Part shown: positions 10,723-21,269 of the stretch, piece after piece
How the letters are laid out: every line of letters begins with the position of its first letter
Numbering within the stretch: position 1 is the first letter of the stretch
Assembly: GCA_029858875.1 (NCBI GenBank)
Contig: JAOUEE010000003.1
Coordinates: 1-39,354 of the forward strand
Reading direction: 5' to 3'
DNA: 39,354 bases
Source of the DNA: Acidimicrobiia bacterium
GTDB lineage: Bacteria > Actinomycetota > Acidimicrobiia > Acidimicrobiales > SHLQ01
The notes under the pieces: generated by a model
Told to the model about the DNA's origin: nothing
Databases searched by the model: none
What the model saw: only the letters and a program-made list of their open reading frames with translations
Program-made: the position numbers and the translations under genes

Positions 10723-12939
10723 ATGTCGGAACCGCTCTATCGCGCCCTCGGGTTGACCGACGACGAGGCCGAGGCCATCGAGAAGCTCCTGGGCCGCCAG
10801 CCCAACAACCTCGAGCTGTCGATGTACTCGGTGATGTGGAGCGAGCACTGCTCGTACAAGTCGTCGCGCCTGCATCTGCGCCGCCTGCCCACCGAGGCAC
10901 CCTGGGTGCTCGTCGGACCAGGCGAGAACGCCGGTGTGGTGGATGTCGGTGACGGCATCGCCGCCGCCATCCGGATCGAGTCCCACAACCACCCGTCGGC
11001 CATCGAGCCGTATCAGGGTGCGGCCACCGGTGTCGGCGGCATCCTCCGCGACATCTTCACCATGGGCGCCCGGCCCATCGCCTTGATGGACCCGCTCCGA
11101 TTCGGTCCCCTCGAGGATGCCCGCAGCCGGTGGATCGCCGAAGGTGTGGTCAGCGGCGTGAGCGGCTACGGCAACTCCGTCGGCGTTCCGACGGTTGGTG
11201 GCGAGACGGTGTTCGATGCCACGTATCAGGGCAATCCGCTGGTCAACGTGCTGTGTCTGGGGACCCTGCCGGTCGACCGGTTGGTGCTGGGAGTGGCCAC
11301 CGGGGTGGGAAACCTCGCCGTGCTGCTCGGCAATCGAACCGGTCGCGACGGCATCGGTGGCGTCAGCGTGTTGGCCTCGGTCGGGTTCTCCGACGACGAG
11401 GATGACGCGGCCAAGAGACCGTCGGTCCAGGTGGGTGACCCCTTCGAGGAGAAGCGTCTCATCGAGGCCTGCCTCACCCTGCTCGACGAAGGCCTCGTGG
11501 TCGGTATCCAGGATCTGGGCGGTGCCGGACTGACCTGCGCAGCCAGTGAGACCGCTTCTCGTGGCGGCACGGGGATGGACTTCGATGTGTCGGCCGTTCC
11601 CCGTCGCGAAGCGGGCATGGAGCCCTTCGAGGTCATGACCAGCGAGAGCCAGGAACGCATGCTGGCCATCGTCGAGCCGGCCGGGATCGATCGGGTCATG
11701 GAGTTGTGCGCCCGCTGGGAGGTGGAAGCCACCGTGGTCGGGCGGGTCACCGCCGGAGGCCAGCTCCGGATCCTGCAGGGCTTCGATGGTGAGGTGCTGG
11801 CCGACGTGCCGGCCTCCACGCTGCACGACGACGCGCCGCTGTACGACCGGCCGATGGCCCCGCCGGCCGGCATCGACGACTTCCGGGCCGACCTGGCCTC
11901 GGTCGCCCTGCCCGCACCCGACGATGTCGGCCTCGACCTGCTGGAGATGGTCACCGACACCAGCTGGGTGTGGTCGCAGTACGACCACCAGCTGTTCCTC
12001 AACACCGTGGTCGGGCCCGGCGGTGACGCCAGCGTGCTGCGACTGAAGCATCCCATCAGCGGGATCGACACCGGGCGAGGTCTGGCCCTCACGACCGACG
12101 GCAATCATCGCTGGTGCGCACTCGATCCCCGTGAGGGCACCGCGGCGGTCGTGGCCGAGGCGATGCTCAACCTGGCCTGTGTCGGTGCCCGTCCGCTGGC
12201 CCTCGTCAACTGTCTCAACTTCGGCAATCCCGAGCACCCCGAGGTCATGTGGCAGCTCAGTGAGGCCATCGACGGCATGACCGAGGCCTGCCGCGTGTTC
12301 GACGTGCCGGTGGTCGGGGGCAACGTCAGCCTCTACAACGAGTCACAGGGAGCCGACATCGACCCCAGCCCCGTGGTCGGGCTGCTGGGCATGGTGGACG
12401 ACCTCGCGGCGGTGCCGCCCGGGCTGACCTGGGCCGATGGCGACCGGCTGCTGCTTGTGGGTTCGGCCTCGTCACACGAGCTCAGCGGCTCGGCGTGGGC
12501 GTTCGGTCGGGGCCATCGACGGGGCACCCTGCCGCCGCTCGACCTGGTCTCGGTCACTGCGGTCGCCTCCGTCGTGCGGGATCTCGTGGCCGCCGGGCTG
12601 GTCTCGGCGGCCCACGATGTCTCCTCGGGCGGTCTGGGTGGCTGTGTGGCCGAGATGGCGGTGGCCTCGGGCATCGGCGCCCGCCTGGCCCGGGTGGCCG
12701 ATCACGCCGACCTCTTCCACGAGTCCATGGGGCGGGTGGTGCTGGCCGTGCACCCCGATCGGCTGGCGACCGTGGAAGACCGGCTGGGCGACGCGGCCGT
12801 CGAGGTGGCCCGCATCGGTCTGGCCAGCGGCGACCGTCTGAGCGTGAAGGGCCTGTTCGACCTGTCGGTCGGCCAGCTCACCGAGCGCAGCCGCGGCCGA
12901 CTTCCCGACGCCCTGGGACACGGGAACACCCAGGCCTGA
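10723..12939 (+). CDS. purL: FGAM synthase subunit PurL (small type)
   Basis: [56 protein letters not shown]. Confidence 0.98.
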   Translation: MSEPLYRALGLTDDEAEAIEKLLGRQPNNLELSMYSVMWSEHCSYKSSRLHLRRLPTEAPWVLVGPGENAGVVDVGDGIAAAIRIESHNHPSAIEPYQGAATGVGGILRDIFTMGARPIALMDPLRFGPLEDARSRWIAEGVVSGVSGYGNSVGVPTVGGETVFDATYQGNPLVNVLCLGTLPVDRLVLGVATGVGNLAVLLGNRTGRDGIGGVSVLASVGFSDDEDDAAKRPSVQVGDPFEEKRLIEACLTLLDEGLVVGIQDLGGAGLTCAASETASRGGTGMDFDVSAVPRREAGMEPFEVMTSESQERMLAIVEPAGIDRVMELCARWEVEATVVGRVTAGGQLRILQGFDGEVLADVPASTLHDDAPLYDRPMAPPAGIDDFRADLASVALPAPDDVGLDLLEMVTDTSWVWSQYDHQLFLNTVVGPGGDASVLRLKHPISGIDTGRGLALTTDGNHRWCALDPREGTAAVVAEAMLNLACVGARPLALVNCLNFGNPEHPEVMWQLSEAIDGMTEACRVFDVPVVGGNVSLYNESQGADIDPSPVVGLLGMVDDLAAVPPGLTWADGDRLLLVGSASSHELSGSAWAFGRGHRRGTLPPLDLVSVTAVASVVRDLVAAGLVSAAHDVSSGGLGGCVAEMAVASGIGARLARVADHADLFHESMGRVVLAVHPDRLATVEDRLGDAAVEVARIGLASGDRLSVKGLFDLSVGQLTERSRGRLPDALGHGNTQA

Positions 12940-13057
12940 GTGGCCCGGCCCGGTGAGGGGTCGAGGATGGGCCCCGGGTTTCCCACCGAGGCGGCCCACT
13001 GTGTCAGGATGGCGCTCCGTGAGTACTCAGGCGTCCGGGTTCGAAGACCCGACTGCG

Positions 13058-14581
13058 ATGGCCGACCCCGACGCTGACTCCCCCAAGGAGGCGTGCGGCG
13101 TCTTCGGTGTCCATGCCCCGGGCCAGCCGGTCGCCCATCTGACCTATCTCGGCCTCTACGCCCTGCAGCATCGGGGCCAGGAGAGCGCGGGGATCGGTGT
13201 CAGCGACGGTGAGACGGTCACCGTCGTGAAGGACATGGGCCTGGTGTCGAACGCCTTCGACGACCGCACGTTGGCGTCGTTGCCCGGTGACTCGGCCATC
13301 GGCCAGACCCGGTACAGCACCACGGGATCGAGCACGTGGCGCAACGCCCAGCCGGTGTACCGGGGTGTGGGCGAGGCCGAGTTCGCCCTGGGCCACAACG
13401 GAAATCTGGTCAACACCGAAGAGTTGGCGGCCGAAGCGGGCATGCTCCCGGGCACCGTGGCCAGTGACAGCGATCTGGTGGCCGAGCTCGTTGCCGCCGA
13501 GATGATGCGACTGGGCGAGGACGGCGAGCATCGCCACGGCGTGCTCAGCACCGCCCTCCAGTCGGTGCTCCCCCGCCTGCACGGTGCGTTCTCGTTCGTG
13601 CTCCTCGATCAGCATCGGGTGATCGGTGTCCGGGACCCCAACGGCTTCCGTCCGCTGTGCCTGGGGCGGCTCGATGCCGGGTGGGTGCTGGCCTCGGAGA
13701 CCCCGGCTCTCGATGTGGTCGGCGCCCACTTCGTGCGCGAGCTCGAGCCGGGCGAGATGGTGGTCATCGACGAGGAGGGTGCGCACAGCGTCCGCCCGTT
13801 CCCCTCCGAGGCGGTCGACCCCAAGCTCTGCCTCTTCGAGTTCGTGTACTTCGCTCGCCCCGACAGCCAGCTCTACGGTCAGTCCGTCCATCAGGCCCGG
13901 GTGCGGATGGGAGAAGAGCTGGCCCAACAGGCGCCCGTGGACGCCGATCTGGTCATGGGGGTACCCGAATCCGGGTTGCCCGCGGCCGAAGGATTCGCCC
14001 GCCAGTCCGGCGTGCCCTATGGGCAGGGGCTGGTCAAGAACCGCTACATCGGCCGCACGTTCATCGCTCCCACCCAGGAACTGCGGGCGCTGGGTGTGCG
14101 CATGAAGCTCAATCCCGTGCGCGACAACATCGCCGGTAAGCGGTTGGTGGTGGTGGATGATTCCATCGTCCGAGGTACCACCACCCGGGCCATGGTGCAG
14201 ATGCTGCGCCAGGCCGGTGCGGCGGAGGTGCACATGCGGATCTCGTCGCCGCCCTACCGCTGGCCCTGCTTCTACGGGATGGACACCGGGACCCGCGGTG
14301 AGCTGTTGGCAGCCAACCTGACGGTTGACGAGATCCGGCAGTACCTCGATGTCGACAGCCTGGCCTACCTCACCCTCGACCGTTTGCAGTTGGCCACCGG
14401 TGCGGTGAACGCCGGGTTCTGCGACGCCTGTCTCACCGGCCACTACCCGGTGGAGATACCGGTGTCGTTGGGCAAGCACGTACTCGAGCTCGATGGACCC
14501 GAGGGCGCGCCGCGCGCGTCCAGGCAGTTGATGCTGGGGACCGAAGCCGAGTTGCCGGCCGATCAGGCTCGCCGGGCCTAG
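13058..14581 (+). CDS. purF: Amidophosphoribosyltransferase
   Basis: Propeptide then CGVFG, LQHRGQE, RYSTTG, VVDDSIVRGTT, CFYGMD, CDAC. Start could instead be GTG 13019. Confidence 0.96.
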   Translation: MADPDADSPKEACGVFGVHAPGQPVAHLTYLGLYALQHRGQESAGIGVSDGETVTVVKDMGLVSNAFDDRTLASLPGDSAIGQTRYSTTGSSTWRNAQPVYRGVGEAEFALGHNGNLVNTEELAAEAGMLPGTVASDSDLVAELVAAEMMRLGEDGEHRHGVLSTALQSVLPRLHGAFSFVLLDQHRVIGVRDPNGFRPLCLGRLDAGWVLASETPALDVVGAHFVRELEPGEMVVIDEEGAHSVRPFPSEAVDPKLCLFEFVYFARPDSQLYGQSVHQARVRMGEELAQQAPVDADLVMGVPESGLPAAEGFARQSGVPYGQGLVKNRYIGRTFIAPTQELRALGVRMKLNPVRDNIAGKRLVVVDDSIVRGTTTRAMVQMLRQAGAAEVHMRISSPPYRWPCFYGMDTGTRGELLAANLTVDEIRQYLDVDSLAYLTLDRLQLATGAVNAGFCDACLTGHYPVEIPVSLGKHVLELDGPEGAPRASRQLMLGTEAELPADQARRA

Positions 14582-14585
14582 TCCG

Positions 14586-15623
14586 ATGGGCGAGACCTAT
14601 GCGGCCGCCGGGGTCAGTATCGAGGCCGGTGAGCAGGCCGTCGAACGCATCGGCGCGGCGGTGCGATCGACGAACCGGCCGGGAGTGGTGGGTGGCATCG
14701 GGGGCTTCGGCGGCCTGTTCGATCTGGCCGCCGCCGGGCATGGCGACTCGATGTTGGTGTCGTCCACCGATGGCGTGGGCACGAAGGCCATGGTGGCCTC
14801 GGCGGCCGGGCGCTTCGACACCATCGGCATCGACCTGGTGGCCATGTGCGTCGACGATCTGGTCTGCCAGGGCGCCGAGCCGTTGTTCTTCCTTGACTAC
14901 GTGTCGGTCGGCACCCTGGATCCCGACATGGTGCAGGCGTTGGTCGGTGGCGTGGCCGAGGGCTGCCGCCGAGCCGGCTGCGCACTCGTCGGCGGTGAGA
15001 TGGCCGAGCACCCCGGCGCCATGGTTCCCGGGGAGTTCGACCTGGTGGGGTTCGCCGTGGGCGCCGTCGACCGGTCGGCCGTGATCACCGGCGAGGCCGT
15101 CACCGAGGGTGATGTGCTGGTGGCGCTGCCATCGCCCAACCTCCGCAGCAACGGCTATTCGCTGGCCCGCCGGCTCTACTTCGACGTGGCCGCCCGCAGC
15201 CTCGACGACCCCGCCTGGGACGGTGCCGAACAGACGGTTGGCGAGACCCTGCTCGATCCCTCGGTCATCTACGCCCCGGCGGTACTGGCGGTGTGCCGAG
15301 AGGTCGACGTGCACGGTGTGGCCCACATCACCGGCGGCGGACTACCGGGGAACGTGGTCCGGATGCTCGGCCCGCAGGTCGATGCCGTCATCGATCCCAC
15401 CAGCTGGGAACCGCCCCGGGTGTTCGACGAGTTGGCGCGGCTGGGCGATGTCAGCGCAACCGAGATGCGGCGGACGTTCAACTGTGGAGTGGGCATGGTC
15501 CTCGCCGTGCCGTCGACGCAGCTGACGTCGGCGGTCTCGGTGCTGGGTGACGCGGGGCACCGGGCCCACGTCATCGGCGAGGTCACCGCGGGCCACGGCG
15601 CGGTCCGCTTCACGGGTGAGTGA
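14586..15623 (+). CDS. purM: AIR synthetase
   Basis: YAAAGV, GGFGG, TDGVGTK, GGEMAEHP, HITGGG, TFNCGVG. Confidence 0.97.
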   Translation: MGETYAAAGVSIEAGEQAVERIGAAVRSTNRPGVVGGIGGFGGLFDLAAAGHGDSMLVSSTDGVGTKAMVASAAGRFDTIGIDLVAMCVDDLVCQGAEPLFFLDYVSVGTLDPDMVQALVGGVAEGCRRAGCALVGGEMAEHPGAMVPGEFDLVGFAVGAVDRSAVITGEAVTEGDVLVALPSPNLRSNGYSLARRLYFDVAARSLDDPAWDGAEQTVGETLLDPSVIYAPAVLAVCREVDVHGVAHITGGGLPGNVVRMLGPQVDAVIDPTSWEPPRVFDELARLGDVSATEMRRTFNCGVGMVLAVPSTQLTSAVSVLGDAGHRAHVIGEVTAGHGAVRFTGE

Positions 15624-15629
15624 TCGACG

Positions 15630-16190
15630 ATGTCGGGACACGCCGTGACGCACGACGCACTGGTCGCCCATCTGCTCGAGCACTCGGTGCGCACGGGGGA
15701 CTTCACCCTGAAGTCGGGCAGGAAGAGCAACTGGTTCATCGACGCCAAGCAGACGGTGTGTCGGGCCGAAGGGATCCTGCTGGTGGCCGACGCGGCGCTG
15801 GCCGTGATCCCCGACGACGTCGACGCCATCGGGGGCCTCACCGCCGGCGCCGACCCGGTGGCCTTCGGCGTGGCCGCCATCGCCGCCACCCGGGGTCGAT
15901 TCCTGCGGTCCTTCAGCATTCGCAAGGAAGCCAAGGACCACGGCGTGGCCGGTCGCCTGGCCGGAGCGCTCGAGCCCGGTGATCGGGTCGTCATCACCGA
16001 GGACGCCGTCACCCGTGGGACCTCGCCCATGGAGGCCGTGTCCGTGGTGCGGGCGCTGGGTGCCGAGCCGGTGATGATCATGCCCGTCGTCGACCGGGGC
16101 GGCACGTGCGAGGAGCTGGCCCGGGCCGACGGGTTGGCTTTCGCGCCGCTCGTCACCGCCCCCGACCTGGGCTTCCCCTACGAGGGATGA
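15630..16190 (+). CDS. pyrE: Orotate phosphoribosyltransferase
   Basis: GDFTLKSG, RKEAKDHG loop, PRPP-binding VITEDAVTRGTS, VVDR. Confidence 0.88.
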   Translation: MSGHAVTHDALVAHLLEHSVRTGDFTLKSGRKSNWFIDAKQTVCRAEGILLVADAALAVIPDDVDAIGGLTAGADPVAFGVAAIAATRGRFLRSFSIRKEAKDHGVAGRLAGALEPGDRVVITEDAVTRGTSPMEAVSVVRALGAEPVMIMPVVDRGGTCEELARADGLAFAPLVTAPDLGFPYEG

Positions 16191-16278
16191 CGGCCGCCGG
16201 TCATCGCCGGCCGGCTCAGACGATACGAGAAGGCCCTGATTGGGTCGAAGCGCGTCCGGGACCGTAGCGTTCGTGCCC

Positions 16279-17685
16279 ATGACCACCACGCCCACGGCCG
16301 CCTATTCCATTGCTCTGCAGGTCGAGTTGCACAACGTACCCGGCGTCCTGGGCCGGCTGGCGTCGTCCATCGGTGAGGCCGGCGGCAACATCGCCCACAT
16401 CGGCGGGTTCGAGGCCAAGGGCCCCTCCATCGTGGAGGAGATCTACGTCAACGCCCGCGACGAGCAGCACGCGCAACGGCTGGCCAAGGTGGTGGCCGAT
16501 GTCGAGGGCGTCACCCTCCACGGCTGGTACGACCGCACCTTCGAGATGCACGAGGGTGGCAAGATCGAGGTGCTGCCGCTGTGCCCCGTGGGCGACAAGG
16601 ACGATCTGTCCATGGCCTACACACCGGGGGTCGCCCGGGTGTGCATGGCGATCCACGAAGACGCGGCGATGGCTCACACCCACACCATCAAGAAGAACAC
16701 CGTGGCCATCGTCAGCAACGGCACGGCCGTGCTGGGTCTGGGTGACATCGGTCCGGTGGCGGCGATGCCCGTCATGGAGGGCAAGGCGTTGTTGTTCAAG
16801 GAGTTCGGCGGGGTCGACGGTTTCCCGATCTGCCTCGACGTGGAGACGGCCCAGGATGTCATCGACGCGGTGGTGGCCATCGCGCCCACGTTCGGTGGCA
16901 TCAACCTCGAGGACATCGCCGCTCCCGACTGCTTCGCCATCGAGGACGCGCTCAAGGCTGCGCTCGACATCCCGGTGTTCCACGATGACCAGCACGGCAC
17001 GGCAGTGGTCACGCTGGCCGCGTTGCGCAACGCTCTGCGTCTCACCGACCGGGCGATGGGCGACCTGTCGGTGGTGATCGCCGGCATGGGCGCCGCCGGA
17101 GTGGCCATCGGCAAGATCCTGATCAACGCCGGGGTGGGTGAGATCGTGGGTGTCGACCGCGCCGGCGCGGTGCACGACGGGCGCGATGGCCTCAACTACG
17201 CCAAGCAATGGTTCGCCGAGAACACCAACCCCGACCGCAAGGCCGGCACGCTGGCCGAGGTAGTGGTCGGCGCCGACGTGTTCATCGGGGTGAGTGGACC
17301 GGGTCTGCTCACCTCGGCCGATCTGCGCACCATGTCCTCCGATCCGGTGGTCTTCGCCATGGCCAACCCCGATCCCGAGATCCGCCCGGAGCAGGCCGAT
17401 GGCATCGCCTCGGTGATGGCCACGGGGCGCAGTGACTATCCGAACCAGATCAACAACGTGCTGGCCTTTCCGGGGATCTTCCGGGGTGCGCTCGATGTGG
17501 GCGCCCGCGACATCACCGAGAACATGAAGCTGGCTGCCGCCGGCGCCATCGCCGACTCGGTCACCGACGATCTGCTGGCCCCGGACTTCATCGTGCCGTC
17601 GGTCTTCGACAAGTCGGTGCCCTACCGGGTGGCCGAGGCCGTGGCCGCCGCCGCGCTCGATGACGGGGTGTGCCGCGACCGCTGA
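16279..17685 (+). CDS. NAD(P)-dependent malic enzyme with N-terminal ACT domain
   Basis: AYTPGVA, MEGKALLFK, INLEDI, FHDDQHGT, GAAG, NQINNVLAFPG; N-terminal NVPGVLGRL ACT-like segment. Confidence 0.93.
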   Translation: MTTTPTAAYSIALQVELHNVPGVLGRLASSIGEAGGNIAHIGGFEAKGPSIVEEIYVNARDEQHAQRLAKVVADVEGVTLHGWYDRTFEMHEGGKIEVLPLCPVGDKDDLSMAYTPGVARVCMAIHEDAAMAHTHTIKKNTVAIVSNGTAVLGLGDIGPVAAMPVMEGKALLFKEFGGVDGFPICLDVETAQDVIDAVVAIAPTFGGINLEDIAAPDCFAIEDALKAALDIPVFHDDQHGTAVVTLAALRNALRLTDRAMGDLSVVIAGMGAAGVAIGKILINAGVGEIVGVDRAGAVHDGRDGLNYAKQWFAENTNPDRKAGTLAEVVVGADVFIGVSGPGLLTSADLRTMSSDPVVFAMANPDPEIRPEQADGIASVMATGRSDYPNQINNVLAFPGIFRGALDVGARDITENMKLAAAGAIADSVTDDLLAPDFIVPSVFDKSVPYRVAEAVAAAALDDGVCRDR

Positions 17686-18403
17686 GACCGCGCCGGGCGC
17701 GCCGGAGCTGCGGGCGATCACCTTCGACTTCTGGAACACCCTGGTTCGACTGGACGAGACGGTCGGGCATCAGCGCCGCGACGGGTTGGCCGCCGTGCTT
17801 GCCGAGCACGGCCGAGACCTCGGACTCGAGGCGGTGGAGGCGGCGCTCGGCTACACGCGTGATCGCTTCGACCACCACTGGCGCCGCAATCGGCAGTACG
17901 TCCTCGACGATGCGGTCGCCGACCTGTTGGCCGTGCTGGGCGTCGAAGCCGACGATGCGCTGTCGGCCGCGCTGCGGGAGTGCTGGTTGGCCGGCGGTGC
18001 GGCCGCGTCCGTGTCGCTGACCGAGCCGGCGCTGCCGTCGGTGTTGGCCGAGCTGCGGGGGCGGGGACTGTGCCTGGGCATCGTGTGCGACACCGGGCTC
18101 ATGCCGGGAATCGTGCTTCGTGGACATCTCGACCGGCTGGGTCTGTCGCCGTTCTTCACTCACCTCTCGTTCAGCGATGAGGTCGGCGTGTACAAGCCGG
18201 CGGCCGGTATCTTCGAAGATGCCTTCGTCGGCCTGGGCGTGACCGGAGCCGAGGCTCTCCATGTCGGTGATCTGCACCGCACCGATGTCCTCGGCGGCCG
18301 AACGGTCGGTGCCCGCGTGGTGCGCTACCGCGGCGCGGTCGACGACCCCGACGCCCCAGCCGCGGACCCGGCCCCCGTCATCGATTCCCTCACCGACCTG
18401 TAG
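17660..18403 (+). CDS. HAD-superfamily hydrolase
   Basis: FDFWNTL motif I, KP motif III, HVGD...DVLG motif IV; start uncertain. Confidence 0.87.
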   Translation: MTGCAATAETAPGAPELRAITFDFWNTLVRLDETVGHQRRDGLAAVLAEHGRDLGLEAVEAALGYTRDRFDHHWRRNRQYVLDDAVADLLAVLGVEADDALSAALRECWLAGGAAASVSLTEPALPSVLAELRGRGLCLGIVCDTGLMPGIVLRGHLDRLGLSPFFTHLSFSDEVGVYKPAAGIFEDAFVGLGVTGAEALHVGDLHRTDVLGGRTVGARVVRYRGAVDDPDAPAADPAPVIDSLTDL

Positions 18404-18435
18404 CGGGGTCCGGAACCCGATACGGGTGGGAACCC

Positions 18436-18462
18436 TCAGAGAGGGGGGTGATCGGCCGACGA
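18436..18462 (+). promoter_or_regulatory. Putative sigma-28-like promoter TCAG-N15-GCCGACGA
   Basis: Same architecture as sites at 3587 and 27799; 7 nt before GTG 18470. Confidence 0.35.
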
Positions 18463-18469
18463 AGGATTG

Positions 18470-19447
18470 GTGCGTGTACCGGCCTTTCGCTGGGCGCTCT
18501 GCTGGCTGGGAGTGTGCGGGGCGATCCTTACTTCTCTGGTGTTGACGAGACCGCCCGCGGCGCAACCGCGGGCGGTGCCGGAGGTGGTGGCATCGGGACC
18601 CGCCGTCGACCGTGCCGTACCGGAGGTCCAGTCGGTGACCAGCACCGTGGTCCCGGGCGTCGAGGTGGCACCGGGCACCTGCGCCGTCGTGACGTACACC
18701 CCGCCGACAGCCACGTCGCCCCAGGTGGGCGAGCTGTGCGCGCCCGAGGACCCGATCGGGATCGGCATGATCCTGGTGCACGGCGGTGGGGGCACCAGCG
18801 GCGAGTACGCCGACGCCGATCAGTGGGCGGCGGTCTACCGGGCGGCCGGCATCCACACGCTGGCCATCGACTACGAACTGGTGGAGCGTGACGTGGACGC
18901 GGGCGTCTGGCCCATGCCCGAACGCCACACCAAGGCGGCGGTGCAGTATCTCCGTCGCCGGGGCGCCGACCTGGGCATCGAGTCGGTCCAGCTGCACGGC
19001 TGGTCGGCCGGCGCTCGCCTGGCGGGCATCGCCCTCACCACCCCTGACCATCCCGACTTCTTCGGCCCCGACCGCTGGGACGATGTGTCCGATGCCCCCG
19101 ACGCCGTGGTCCTGTACTACGGCTACTACAGCGGGTTCGTGTACGAGCCCGACGAGTACTGGGGCGGCCAGGAGATCCCGGCCACGGCCATCCCCGAGAA
19201 CCTCGCCGCATCGGCCTCGGGACCAGCCCTGCTGGTCCACGGCGACGTCGACTTCCTGGTCCCGGCCGGCGAGTCGGTGGGCTTCGCCGCAGCCTTGCGG
19301 GTGGCCGGCCAGGAGCAGACCCTGTGGATCATCAACGGCAGGCCCGATCACGGGTTCGACGGCTACGGCACCGACTCGCTCAGCGGACCCGGTGCCGAGC
19401 TGGTGGAACCGACGCTGGACTGGGTGCGGGCCGCGGCCGCCCGGTAG
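18470..19447 (+). CDS. Exported or membrane-anchored alpha/beta hydrolase (esterase-like)
   Basis: N-terminal hydrophobic segment, HGGG oxyanion motif, GWSAG nucleophile, HGDVD and HGF. Confidence 0.85.
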   Translation: MRVPAFRWALCWLGVCGAILTSLVLTRPPAAQPRAVPEVVASGPAVDRAVPEVQSVTSTVVPGVEVAPGTCAVVTYTPPTATSPQVGELCAPEDPIGIGMILVHGGGGTSGEYADADQWAAVYRAAGIHTLAIDYELVERDVDAGVWPMPERHTKAAVQYLRRRGADLGIESVQLHGWSAGARLAGIALTTPDHPDFFGPDRWDDVSDAPDAVVLYYGYYSGFVYEPDEYWGGQEIPATAIPENLAASASGPALLVHGDVDFLVPAGESVGFAAALRVAGQEQTLWIINGRPDHGFDGYGTDSLSGPGAELVEPTLDWVRAAAAR

Positions 19448-19459
19448 CGGACCGCGGGC

Positions 19460-20926
19460 TCACTCCGGGACGCCGCTTGGCTGATCGGGAGCCAGCCGGG
19501 CCTGGGCCTCGGCCTTCTGGAGACGGAAGGCCCGGACGTTTCCCGGCCGCTTGGCGGTCAGCTGGGCTCGGGTGATGGCCCGGAACAAGCCCTCGCGAAG
19601 CTCGAGCTCGACGTCGCGGTGGCCGGTGAGCACGTTGTGCTGTTCGCCAGGGTCCTGCTGGAGGTCATGGAGGACCACCGAGTCGGCGTCGCGGTTGACC
19701 ACCAACCGATACCGTCCGTCGGACACCATGTAGTCCCGCTTGTACTCGCTGATGTGGACCGCTCGGGCCGGTGCGGTCGGGTCGTGACACGACGGCACGA
19801 GGCTCTGCGCGAACTGCTCGACCACGAGTGGGGCCGCGGCCAGCTCGGCCAGGGTCGGTCCCACGTCGTGCAGCTCGACCAGTGCGGCCGAACGTTCGCC
19901 TCGGGTGACACCGGGGATCCGGATGATGAGGGGGACGCTCACCGCGCTCTGGTAGAAGTTGCCCTTGTAGACACGGCCGTGGTCACCGTTCATCTCCCCG
20001 TGGTCGGAGGTGATGGCGATGACGGTGTGCTCCCATTCGCCCCGCTCGCGGATCAGCTCGAGGACCCGCCCGACCTGGTCATCGATGAGCCTGACCGACC
20101 CGGCGTAGTTGGCCTGCAGGCCGGCGATGACGGCGCGATCGCGATGGGCCACTCCCCGCAGCATCTTGTCGAGGTAGCTCGGCGCCGCCGGCTCGGCATC
20201 GGTGGCGACCGGCACCGGGGTCGGCGCATCCTCCGGTGCGTACATCGAGGCGTACGGCTCGGGAGCGTCCCAAGGCTCGTGGGGCCCCGGGAAGCTGAGG
20301 TTGCAGAACCACGGCCGATCCGCGGGCAGGGCGGCGATGTGGTCGATGGCTCGGGACGGAACGTAGACGTCGTAGTACAGATCGAGCGGCAGCATCGACG
20401 GCCGCGCCTCCAATGGGGCATTGGCCAGTCGATCGGCGTGGTCGTCGCGAAAGGCCTCGAGGAGGCCGGCGTCGGCCCAGGCCTGGGTCATGTGGCTCAT
20501 CTTGGCGAAGCACCCTCGCGCATCGAGCGCCTCGTTCACCGTGTCGAAGCCGATGCTGACGGCGTGGTCTTCGTTCTTGCGCAGATCTTTGCCCAGACGG
20601 CCGAGATGCAGCTTGCCGAACGTGCTGGTGTCGTAGCCCGCATCGCGTATCGCACTCATCCAGGTGGGCGCCCCGGCGGGCACGAACCCGGGCCCGTTGG
20701 ACCACAGTCCGAAGTTGTGGGGGTACTGACCCATCGCCAACGACAGCCGCGCCGGCTGACAGGCCGGCGACACCGTCACCGCTCGGTCGAAGATCGTGGA
20801 CGATCGGGCCAGCTCGTCGATGTGGGGTGTGTCGGCCCACGAGCCGTAGACACCGAGGGCGTCGCGCCGGAGCTGGTCGGCCATGATCAACAAGATGTTC
20901 GGGCGGCGCACGTCGGTGGCGGACAT
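19460..20926 (-). CDS. Cys-type sulfatase (choline-sulfatase-like)
   Basis: PNILLIMADQ, CQPAR (CxPxR), GKLH, PHEP, SDHGE; start at ATG 20926. Confidence 0.92.
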   Translation of the reverse strand: MSATDVRRPNILLIMADQLRRDALGVYGSWADTPHIDELARSSTIFDRAVTVSPACQPARLSLAMGQYPHNFGLWSNGPGFVPAGAPTWMSAIRDAGYDTSTFGKLHLGRLGKDLRKNEDHAVSIGFDTVNEALDARGCFAKMSHMTQAWADAGLLEAFRDDHADRLANAPLEARPSMLPLDLYYDVYVPSRAIDHIAALPADRPWFCNLSFPGPHEPWDAPEPYASMYAPEDAPTPVPVATDAEPAAPSYLDKMLRGVAHRDRAVIAGLQANYAGSVRLIDDQVGRVLELIRERGEWEHTVIAITSDHGEMNGDHGRVYKGNFYQSAVSVPLIIRIPGVTRGERSAALVELHDVGPTLAELAAAPLVVEQFAQSLVPSCHDPTAPARAVHISEYKRDYMVSDGRYRLVVNRDADSVVLHDLQQDPGEQHNVLTGHRDVELELREGLFRAITRAQLTAKRPGNVRAFRLQKAEAQARLAPDQPSGVPE

Positions 20927-20998
20927 GGCTGCCCATGGTCCCAGACCCCGTGACGGGACGAAAGACGCGCGCCGGGGCGGCGACGACCGGGCTTCCGC

Positions 20999-21265
20999 GT
21001 GACCCGCCGCTACGACGGCACCGGGCTGGGCGAGCTGCTGGTCGACGGCCGTTCGGCCGGGTCGATGGCGCCCACCCGCAACCGCTTCTTCGTGACCATC
21101 TCGTGGTCTGCTCTCGACGCGGTCCTCGACCGCGGCAGTCCGGTGGGTGACTACCCTGCGCCGTTCGCCTTCACCGGTTCGCTCCGGCGGGTGGTGGTCG
21201 ACCTGGTCGATGACCAGGACCTGGACCACCGTGCGGCCGGCGAGGCCGAGCTCGGTCGGGAATGA
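20999..21265 (+). pseudogene. Isolated C-terminal fragment of an arylsulfatase (AtsA-like)
   Basis: LLVDG...LDRGSPVGDYPAPFAFTGSLRRVVVDL...E resembles the C-terminal domain of large actinobacterial arylsulfatases as recalled; no catalytic domain or room for one. Confidence 0.65.
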
Positions 21266-21269
21266 CCGG

